A DNA stretch of 64,000 nt. Source: Candidatus Latescibacterota bacterium. GTDB lineage: Bacteria > Latescibacterota > UBA2968. The notes under the pieces are model-generated. The model did no database searches and was not told the DNA's origin. It was given only the letters and a program-made list of their open reading frames with translations. Position 1 is the first letter of the stretch, and each line of letters starts with the position of its first letter. The translations under genes were made by a program, and so were the position numbers. Below are positions 40,801 through 47,292 of this stretch, in pieces. The stretch covers positions 4,960,001 to 5,024,000 of the forward strand of contig OZ244960.1 of assembly GCA_965222605.1 (NCBI GenBank), given 5' to 3'.

Positions 40801-42603
40801 AGCAGCACCGATGCGATTGGTACGCGCCTCAAAATTGAGTTCAAAGATGAGGATGGCAAAAATCGCCACGCCATTCGAGAAATTACAGGCGGCGCTTCTT
40901 TTTTGTCACAGAACGCGCTCTTGCCCATATTTGGCGTGGGCAAAGCCGAAAAAATCGAAGTGCTCTCCCTGCGCTGGCCCAGTGGTATAGTGCAGCAATT
41001 TCGCAGCGATAGAGACGATTTATCGGTCAATCGCGTTATAGATATCACCGAGCAATCGCCTCTGCCCCCTGCTCGCGTCCTTTTGTTTGCAGATGTGAAC
41101 AATCTGCTGGCCAATGGTATCTCCGAAATAGAACTCACCGCACAGATCGTCACGATAGATAACAGACCTTTGCCCACCAGCGACCAGGCGGTTAAATTCC
41201 GCATTGAGAGCGGTAGTGGTCTCATTATTTCTTCTGAGAGGTCAGAACCGGCGAGCGGAGATTCCGTCGCGGTGCGCGATGGCGTGGCGTATGCGCGTTT
41301 TCGAGCAGGGCAAGATCAGGGCCGCGTCATCATTATTGCCGAAAGTGCGGGCCTGGAATCCGGGCGCGTTGAGATAGAACTCATCAAACCTTTTGCAGAA
41401 GATGCTCTGACTATGCGTACTGTCGCCGGTTCGGGGGATGAGATCGGTGGATTTCAAGGCGATGGCAGCGCAGCTATCGAGGCACGTCTTCAGCGACCAC
41501 AAGACGTATTGGTCGATTCGTCGGGCAATATTTATATCGCGGACACGGAAAACTACCGCATTCGCCTCGTGAGTGTGGAAACTGGTATTATCCAGACTAT
41601 TGCGGGGACAGGAGAAGCGGAAGATATTGATACGCCTCGAGGTATGGTTTTTCAGGGCGATTTGTTGATCAGCCAGATGGGCAATCACGTTGTGAGCAAG
41701 GTGCAAGATGAGGTGTTGTTCGCCTTTGCCGGAATTGGAATCGGTCAGTTTGGGGGCGATGGGAGACGTGCTTTGGACGCCAATTTGAGAAGTCCCACAG
41801 GGCTTGCCATTGACCCGCGTGGGAATGTCTATATCGCCGATACGGATAATCACCGCATTCGCAAAGTCGATTCCCGCGGTATTATTACGACGGTTGTAGG
41901 CAGTGGCGATCCAGATCAGGGAGCATTTTTTGGCGATGGCGGCGCGGGTACACAGGCGCGTTTAAATCGCCCCAGTGCAATCGCCATTGACCAGAGTGGT
42001 AATATCTATATCGCCGATACAGATAATCACCGCATTCGCAAAGTCGATTCCCGCGGTGTGATCACGACTATTGCGGGAACGGGACAGAATGGATTTTCTG
42101 GCGATGGCGGCGCGGGTACACAGGCGCAACTCAATTCTCCGCAGGGCATTGCCGTTGATGCTCGAGGATATCTTTTTATTGCCGATACGAATAATCACCG
42201 CATTCGCTTGCTCGATTTGAACAGCGGTCTGATACAGACTGTCGCGGGCACGGGGTTGGGGCAGCTCGATTTTGAAGAAGGCGGTGCCCGCGACATAAGT
42301 CTCAACGCCCCGCATGGATTGGCTCTCAGTCCAACGGGCACTCTGCTGATTGCAGATGCGGCAAATCACAGAATACGAGAATTGTCTATTTCCTTTGATT
42401 TGGCTCTTGCTCCACCTGCTGTTCCTCGGGCAAAATCCTACGATTTCAATGCCGATGGCCGGTTCGATTTTAACGATTTTCGGATCTTTGTCCGTGCTTT
42501 TGACTCTGCTGATACGCGCTTTGATTTTAATGCCGATGGCCGGGTTGGATTCGACGATTTTCTGCACTTTGCCAGGGTTTATGAAGTGAGAAGTGTGAAG
42601 TAG
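37900..42603 (+). CDS. Secreted multidomain surface protein: NHL repeats, Ig-like domains, FG-GAP repeats with ASPIC/UnbV, NHL repeats, dockerin/EF-hand-like C-terminus
   Basis: Signal peptide; GNIYIADTDNHRIR repeats; WGDFDNDGDLDL repeats; FGVG..IEVL.LRWPSG; DFNADGRFDFNDF twice. Confidence 0.88.
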   Translation: MRYILIFFFNLLIWGLSTDVFAQARGTIVTIAGGGLEDGDNILATDVVLNRPLGIALDTRGNLYIADTDNHRIRRVDAITGIITAVAGTGEPGFSGDGGPATSALLNTPNAIAVDSAGNIYISSGGASEGDVHNRRIRRIDAFGTITTVAGTGEGGFNDLVPALQATFHEIVALTMLGDIALLISDGLDENGQGNNRVRQFNLANNTIGTIAGNGSVQASNIQDGGLASRAGLTPEQLAVTGNGDLLIADFNNGRIRRISRTTRDTTVVVVINTVAGRGATSSENLSEDLYKGDGGLATSALFFSPSGVAVDEAGNIYIGDTGNNRIRVVEAETGNVLTIAGTGIAGAGPEGTLGLLSDLGQPTHLLIDGNGDFIFIDSFNNRIRKLREPAFRMPLFNAISTDIIFGRVSVGDPAVRSLRVENRGNLSVRIETAISSNPRFRVLSELPFEVGIAQIAEIEIVFDPVQTGVAKGVITIATSDSRTPSATVNVQGWGDAANIGLFPSDVLVFDRTSIGQSQILSVRISNLGAGVLVVPNVTTTDSQFVVEQTDVLRIESGQSQQLPIIFRPQSEDLQQAVLTIFSNAPENPTVRLQLQGIGQSAQPSGFVDVAHNTSLGDTGAGFGAAWTDFDNDNDPDLYLVRSKEPNRLYRNDGVGFTDIASALGVDDSGDGSAGIWGDVDGDGDLDLYVTNFGESNRLYRNDGVGFTDIAATFGVDDSGDGYGAAWADYDRDGDLDLYVANFGANRFYQNNGNGFSERADDLGIGDIESGIQPTWGDFDNDGDPDLFLANSGPNRLFRNDGEQFTSVENVFSPVDTGPSFGATWGDFDNDGDLDLFIPYFGADNRFYTNEGNGVFRDRAPEMMLNHDGRGRGAVWGDFDSDGFLDLYVTNSGQPNLYYQNEDGRFVEMSDSLGVALNADSRGVALADYDNDGKLDLYVAVQDGPDALFRNREADGNWIAIRLRGTDSSTDAIGTRLKIEFKDEDGKNRHAIREITGGASFLSQNALLPIFGVGKAEKIEVLSLRWPSGIVQQFRSDRDDLSVNRVIDITEQSPLPPARVLLFADVNNLLANGISEIELTAQIVTIDNRPLPTSDQAVKFRIESGSGLIISSERSEPASGDSVAVRDGVAYARFRAGQDQGRVIIIAESAGLESGRVEIELIKPFAEDALTMRTVAGSGDEIGGFQGDGSAAIEARLQRPQDVLVDSSGNIYIADTENYRIRLVSVETGIIQTIAGTGEAEDIDTPRGMVFQGDLLISQMGNHVVSKVQDEVLFAFAGIGIGQFGGDGRRALDANLRSPTGLAIDPRGNVYIADTDNHRIRKVDSRGIITTVVGSGDPDQGAFFGDGGAGTQARLNRPSAIAIDQSGNIYIADTDNHRIRKVDSRGVITTIAGTGQNGFSGDGGAGTQAQLNSPQGIAVDARGYLFIADTNNHRIRLLDLNSGLIQTVAGTGLGQLDFEEGGARDISLNAPHGLALSPTGTLLIADAANHRIRELSISFDLALAPPAVPRAKSYDFNADGRFDFNDFRIFVRAFDSADTRFDFNADGRVGFDDFLHFARVYEVRSVK
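39836..40031 (+). repeat. 46-bp identical direct repeat, 150 bp period, in the FG-GAP blades
   Basis: CCAATCGCTTATATCGCAATGACGGTGTGGGATTCACAGATATTGC at 39836-39881 and 39986-40031. Confidence 0.85.
41828..42127 (+). repeat. Near-identical direct repeats in the NHL blades
   Basis: 53 bp with 1 mismatch (41828-41880 vs 42005-42057) and 29 bp identical (41931-41959 vs 42099-42127). Confidence 0.85.
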
Positions 42604-42618
42604 GAAGTAGGTTGGTCA

Positions 42619-42644
42619 GTAGGGGCGAACCCCTGTGTTCGCCC
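42619..42644 (+). repeat. GTAG-type REP element
   Basis: GTAG-GGGCGAAC-CCCTGT-GTTCGCCC: a GTAG tetranucleotide followed by an 8-bp palindrome, intergenic. Confidence 0.65.
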
Positions 42645-42696
42645 GCCACAGCACAATGTCAGTAATAACAATCACGAATCACCAGAGTCTTTGACT

Positions 42697-43317
42697 ATGA
42701 TCTCACGACCAACCTTTCAAAATATTAATCAGGCTACCGATATTATTAAAAATGGTGGCCTGATTGCCTATCCGACCGAGACTGTGTATGGCCTGGGGGC
42801 TGATCCCCATAACGATGAAGCTATTCAGAAGATTTTCACTGTCAAAGGACGTGCGGAGGACAAGGGGATCATTCTCTTGATTCGCGGTGTAGATGATCTT
42901 CCAACACTTGTTCGTGTGGTATCTCCGGCAGCCCAAATACTTATTGAGACATTTTGGCCGGGACCGCTCACCCTTGTTTTTCACGCCAATCGCGATCTTT
43001 CACCCGCCTTGCTCGGCGGACGCGATACAATAGCTCTCCGCCATTCGAGTTCGCCCGTTGCCTCCCGATTGCTCTCTGCACTTGGCGGATCTCTTACGAG
43101 CACGAGTGCCAATCGCTCTGCCGAACCACCGGCGCGTTCGGCTTGTGAAGTACAAAACGCGCTGGGCAATCACCTCGATCTCATTCTCGACGGTGGGCCT
43201 TCTGCCAGCACACTCCCTTCTACGCTTGTCGATGTTTCCTCCGACCGCGCAATTCTCTTGCGCGAAGGCGCTATTCCTGTCCAAAAACTCAGGGCACATA
43301 TTCATTTTGAAAAATAA
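42697..43317 (+). CDS. tsaC: L-threonylcarbamoyladenylate synthase
   Basis: YPTETVYGL, KGR, FWPGPLT, TSAN.S, PSTLVD, LREGA. Confidence 0.95.
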   Translation: MISRPTFQNINQATDIIKNGGLIAYPTETVYGLGADPHNDEAIQKIFTVKGRAEDKGIILLIRGVDDLPTLVRVVSPAAQILIETFWPGPLTLVFHANRDLSPALLGGRDTIALRHSSSPVASRLLSALGGSLTSTSANRSAEPPARSACEVQNALGNHLDLILDGGPSASTLPSTLVDVSSDRAILLREGAIPVQKLRAHIHFEK

Positions 43318-43344
43318 AAGGCGAGAAGAGAAATCTCCTCGCCT
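43310..43344 (-). terminator. Intrinsic terminator on the - strand
   Basis: AGGCGAG...CTCGCCT stem followed by TTTATTTTT on the - strand. Confidence 0.55.
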
Positions 43345-43372
43345 GATCGCAAACACGGGAAGCAATATTTGC

Positions 43373-43807
43373 TTAAAATGAAACATTGCTCATCACATAA
43401 GCAAAGTGCATGTCCTCGTTCAATCGGCCCAATGCTTTGATTGCATCTCGCGCCATGGCAAATGTATAACCGGCGACAAAGGTCACATTTTCGCTGTATT
43501 GGTAGGAAAACGTTAAATCGATTTCATCGGCCAGATGCCCCGATTCCATGGTGCCTTTTTGGGCGAGGAAGAACACATGTCCATCTGCTGCCAAACGCAT
43601 CTGCCCTTCTTCATCCAGCGATACAGATGCTTTTATGGCAAAGTCCTGAAGACCACCATCTCGGGTGTGTACGGGAATGTTGAGAAATAAATCGGCAAAA
43701 CCGTAGTATTTGTGATTGGTTGCAAATAGAGTATCAAATGATTTCCATTTGCTGTCTTTCGAATTGCCGTCGCCAGACAAATAATCATACCACAGGGTCA
43801 GAATAGG
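43373..43807 (-). pseudogene. 5'-truncated alginate-export-like outer membrane porin fragment
   Basis: PILTLWYDYLSGD..FDTLFATNHKYYGFADLF..EIDLTFSY with terminal Phe. An in-frame stop lies immediately upstream and there is no signal peptide. Confidence 0.75.
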
Positions 43808-43827
43808 CTAACAAAAAATGATCTGTT

Positions 43828-46002
43828 TCACAACAAAATTCCCTGAACTGATTCTTCGACAAGTCCAGCCCGAATGCGCTGCGATAGGGTCGTATGTCGC
43901 TCTGCAACCCGATTGTTGCGAACTGCCATCCCCAGAGCCTGTTTTGTACCTACCAGCACGACCAGTTCCCGCGCCCGCGTAATGGCTGTGTACAACAAGT
44001 TGCGCTGTAACATCATATAGTGTTGTGTGGTCAAAGGCATTACCACGGCGCGAAATTCTGCGCCCTGGCTCTTGTGGACACTCATGGCATAAGCCAGCAC
44101 CAACTCATCCAATTCCGAGAACTCGTATTCTAAGACGCGGTCCTGAAACCGCACGCGCAATATATCATCCTCTATTCCGTGAACGCGCCCAATATCCCCG
44201 TTAAAAACATCGCGATCATAGTTATTTCGCACCTGCATCACTTTGTCGCCCACCCGAAAACGGATACCGCCCCGCGTCATTTCCTGTCCCCTGGGATTCA
44301 ACTTGTCTTGCAAGACCCGGTTGAGATTGTTCGCGCCGGTCTCTCCTCGATACATTGGCACCAGTACTTGAATATCTTCAATACTGTCCAGACGATACGT
44401 GTGCGGTAAACGTGCAGCACACAATCCACAAACCGTCTCGACGACCTGATCGGGTTCAGAGACTTCAAGAAAAAAGAAATCCGCATCGCGGTCATTTTGC
44501 ACGTATGGCATTTCGCCGCGATTGATCGCGTGGGCACTGGTAACAATATGGCTCGTTTGTGCCTGCCGAAAGATCTCGTTGAGTTCCACGACTTCTACAG
44601 TGCCAGACGCAATTACATCCTTCAACACATTCCCCGCACCAACCGATGGCAACTGATCGACATCGCCTACCAGGACGACCGAAGCACTGATTGGAACAGC
44701 GCGTAACAGACTGTTCATCAGAACCGTATCGACCATGGATATTTCATCGACAATCAGGGCTTCGATCTCCAGAGGATTTTCAAAATTTTTCTCAAACGCC
44801 ATTTCAGATGGACTAAACTTCAGCAATCTGTGGATGGTTTTGGCCTCATATCCGGTTGCCTCAGACATTCGCTTGGCTGCTCTTCCCGTTGGCGCTGCCA
44901 GTGCGATTGTTTTCTTTCGCGCTTCTAAAAGCGCGATGAGTCCCTTAATGGTCGTTGTTTTGCCTGTTCCCGGTCCACCTGTCAGCACCAGCAAATTGTG
45001 CGACAATGCTTTTTCCAATGCCAATTTTTGACGGGGTGCGAATGTTACTCCATCACCCTGTTCTATCGCCTCAATTTCCGCTGGGATATTGCCCAGTTCA
45101 ATGCGTTGCACCTGGGATAATTGGTAGCACCGCGTTGCCGCGCCCTGTTCGGCATAGTACAAATGCGGCAAATACACCCGCTCGTCATTTACCACAATCG
45201 ATTCTTCGGAGAGCAATTGCGCCACGCACGGTGCGATTGCATCGACGGGCACGTCGAGTGCTTCGGCACAAGATTCGATGAGCGCGTCCTCGGGCAAAAA
45301 AACATGTCCTTCTTTGTCTGCTGCTTCATTGAGGACATGTAAAAGACCGGCTTGAATGCGCCGGTCTGAATGCGCGGGAATGCCCATTTTTTGTGCGATG
45401 CGGTCTGCCGTCAAAAATCCAATGCCCCAAACATCTACCGATAGGCGATAGGGGTTTTCTCGAATCAATTCAACGGCTTCATTCCCGTACCGTTTCCATA
45501 TTTTTACGGCGTATCCCGTGCCCACTTCGTGCGATTGTAAGAATAGCATTACATTGTGAATCTCGCGCTGGTCTTCCCAGGCTTTGATAATCCACTTTGC
45601 GCGTTTGGCTCCCAATCCTTCAACTTCGACCAATCGATCGGGATCGCTTTCGATGACATCGAGTGCTTCTTTCCCAAAGTGATCCACAATCCGCTTTGCC
45701 GTGACCGGCCCGATGCCTTTGATCAATCCCGAACCCAAATACCGCCGCATTCCCTCTACTGTAGATGGATACACGGTCTGGTAGGATTCAATTTTGAACT
45801 GTGCACCATATTGCTTATGGGTTGTCCATTCGCCTTCCAAAACCACGGTTTCGCCCGGGTTGATCGACAGCATTTCGCCCACAATGGTCGCCAGACGGTC
45901 GTTATATGCGGCAGACCCCTCTACCTGCAAACGGGCAACCGTGTATCCATTTTCTTCATTTTGAAATGTAATGCGATCCACAATTCCGCGAAGCTGAGCC
46001 AT
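43828..46002 (-). CDS. recD2: ATP-dependent RecD-like DNA helicase
   Basis: YLGSGLIKGIG HhH, GGPGTGKTT, APTGRAA, DEISM, GDVDQLPSVG, SVHKSQG, LLYTAITRA. Confidence 0.96.
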   Translation of the reverse strand: MAQLRGIVDRITFQNEENGYTVARLQVEGSAAYNDRLATIVGEMLSINPGETVVLEGEWTTHKQYGAQFKIESYQTVYPSTVEGMRRYLGSGLIKGIGPVTAKRIVDHFGKEALDVIESDPDRLVEVEGLGAKRAKWIIKAWEDQREIHNVMLFLQSHEVGTGYAVKIWKRYGNEAVELIRENPYRLSVDVWGIGFLTADRIAQKMGIPAHSDRRIQAGLLHVLNEAADKEGHVFLPEDALIESCAEALDVPVDAIAPCVAQLLSEESIVVNDERVYLPHLYYAEQGAATRCYQLSQVQRIELGNIPAEIEAIEQGDGVTFAPRQKLALEKALSHNLLVLTGGPGTGKTTTIKGLIALLEARKKTIALAAPTGRAAKRMSEATGYEAKTIHRLLKFSPSEMAFEKNFENPLEIEALIVDEISMVDTVLMNSLLRAVPISASVVLVGDVDQLPSVGAGNVLKDVIASGTVEVVELNEIFRQAQTSHIVTSAHAINRGEMPYVQNDRDADFFFLEVSEPDQVVETVCGLCAARLPHTYRLDSIEDIQVLVPMYRGETGANNLNRVLQDKLNPRGQEMTRGGIRFRVGDKVMQVRNNYDRDVFNGDIGRVHGIEDDILRVRFQDRVLEYEFSELDELVLAYAMSVHKSQGAEFRAVVMPLTTQHYMMLQRNLLYTAITRARELVVLVGTKQALGMAVRNNRVAERHTTLSQRIRAGLVEESVQGILL

Positions 46003-46055
46003 CTAAAACCTCGGCGAACATGTTTCTCCCAGCACTTAATCGGAGTAGTAGAGGA

Positions 46056-46084
46056 ATTATACGACACTTGCCGCGGTTTTACAA
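46056..46084 (-). promoter_or_regulatory. recD2 promoter
   Basis: TTGTAA-N17-TATAAT on the - strand. Confidence 0.65.
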
Positions 46085-46172
46085 GTTGTATCAAATTTGC
46101 AGTACACAGAATGTATAAAACCCGTATATTGTTGAAACACAACATTTAACGGCTACGTCACAACGGAAAAGA

Positions 46173-46469
46173 GGTTGACCCGAAAGCTATTGACACACCG
46201 CCTGTACCTGTCGGTGTGATCTGGGGTCCTCGCGCCGTCCCGCCAAGAACTCGCGCGAGGGCCTTTCTTTTTGGTACACGAGATGGTCGTTTTTCGGGCC
46301 AACCATATCACAACTTAAATTTTTTATGAAAAACAAAAAGCACCTACTCGTCCCTCCACCAAATCGCCAAATTTGACGCAAGGAACAAGCAGGTGCCTCG
46401 TGGACTGGTATGGCAACACTGCTGAAACGCTGTGCGTTCCGAAAATATTGTTTTTTTCACAGGCCAGTC
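46173..46469 (-). ncRNA. Candidate structured RNA (two folded domains separated by a terminator-like hairpin); family unassigned
   Basis: Has its own promoter and multiple stems. In the main stems the + strand A-C mismatches become G-U pairs on the - strand. See findings. Confidence 0.55.
46329..46396 (-). terminator. Long hairpin plus U-tract within the structured RNA locus
   Basis: GCACCUGCUUGUUCCU / AGGGACGAGUAGGUGC (16 bp including G-U) plus an inner stem, then UUUUUGUUUUU. Confidence 0.75.
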
Positions 46470-46475
46470 GGAAAA

Positions 46476-46504
46476 AATATAGCCAATCTTATATTTGGGG
46501 TCAA
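46476..46504 (-). promoter_or_regulatory. sigma70-type promoter driving the structured RNA
   Basis: TTGACC-N17-TATATT. The predicted TSS near 46469 coincides with the first base of the first stem. Confidence 0.7.
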
Positions 46505-46579
46505 GGGAGAAAATGGGGCTGGGGCTGTTGGACAAGTTATAGCACTAAATTTTAATAGCTTATGAATGAGGATGATTAA

Positions 46580-47212
46580 ATGAAGTGGTTAGTTTTGGGC
46601 GTTCTGCTCGGATTGTCATGGACAACTTATGCTGAAGAAGATCGCAAGGCGATTTTGTTTTTAGGGGATAGCCTGACCGCAGGTTATGGTCTGGATAAAA
46701 CGCAGGCTTTTCCCGCGTTGATTCAGGCAAAGATCGATTCGCTTGGGTGGGCGTTTGATGTAATCAATGGCGGACTGAGTGGCGAGACATCGGCGGGCGG
46801 TTTGCGGCGGGTCAACTGGTTGCTGCAGCGAAAAATCGATGTGCTGGTGCTGGCATTGGGGGGCAACGATGGTTTGCGGGGGATTCCCGTGTCTGAAATG
46901 GAGCAAAATTTGCAGGGAATTATAGATTTCGTAAAAAATAAATATCCCGATATTCAAATCGCGCTTGTGGGTATTGAAGCACCGCCGAATTTGGGAGAAG
47001 TATATACGACGGCTTTCCGCGCAGTGTTTCCTGTCCTATCAGAGAAAAATCGCGTGCTTTTGATACCCTTTTTATTAGAGGGTGTTGGCGGGATTCCAGA
47101 ACTGAATCTGCCAGACCGCATTCATCCCAATGCTGAAGGACATCGGATTGTAGCAGAAACCGTGTGGCGCGTGCTTAAACCGGTTCTGGAAAAAGTAAGA
47201 AGTGAGAAGTAA
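46580..47212 (+). CDS. tesA: Periplasmic SGNH arylesterase / acyl-CoA thioesterase I
   Basis: GDSLTAG, GLSGETS, GGNDGLRG, DRIHP; signal peptide. Confidence 0.9.
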   Translation: MKWLVLGVLLGLSWTTYAEEDRKAILFLGDSLTAGYGLDKTQAFPALIQAKIDSLGWAFDVINGGLSGETSAGGLRRVNWLLQRKIDVLVLALGGNDGLRGIPVSEMEQNLQGIIDFVKNKYPDIQIALVGIEAPPNLGEVYTTAFRAVFPVLSEKNRVLLIPFLLEGVGGIPELNLPDRIHPNAEGHRIVAETVWRVLKPVLEKVRSEK

Positions 47213-47292
47213 GAAGTGAGAAAACAGCCACCCCCGCGGTGTACAACTGGCCGACTCTCAGGCCAGTTCACGTTGGTGCATCATCTCACACT

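Noticed and set aside
39836-42127. Direct repeats as a CRISPR array or a DGR template/variable repeat
   Set aside because: They are in-frame protein repeat units, with only two copies each, no A-specific mismatch pattern, and no reverse transcriptase or cas genes.
45921-46145. 74 aa - strand ORF between the RNA locus and recD2
   Set aside because: It runs through the recD2 promoter, overlaps recD2 out of frame, and has no RBS or recognisable motif.
46173-46304. Definitive 6S RNA call
   Set aside because: A rod-with-bubble fold is possible, but it is short (~130 nt), lacks the usual gene context and lies downstream of a terminator-like hairpin. Left as an alternative.
46392-46469. glmS ribozyme, PyrR-binding loop, ZTP or c-di-GMP-II riboswitch identity for RNA domain 1
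   Set aside because: Only partial resemblance (AGUCCACGAGG, GACUGG). The other required conserved segments are absent and the downstream genes do not fit.
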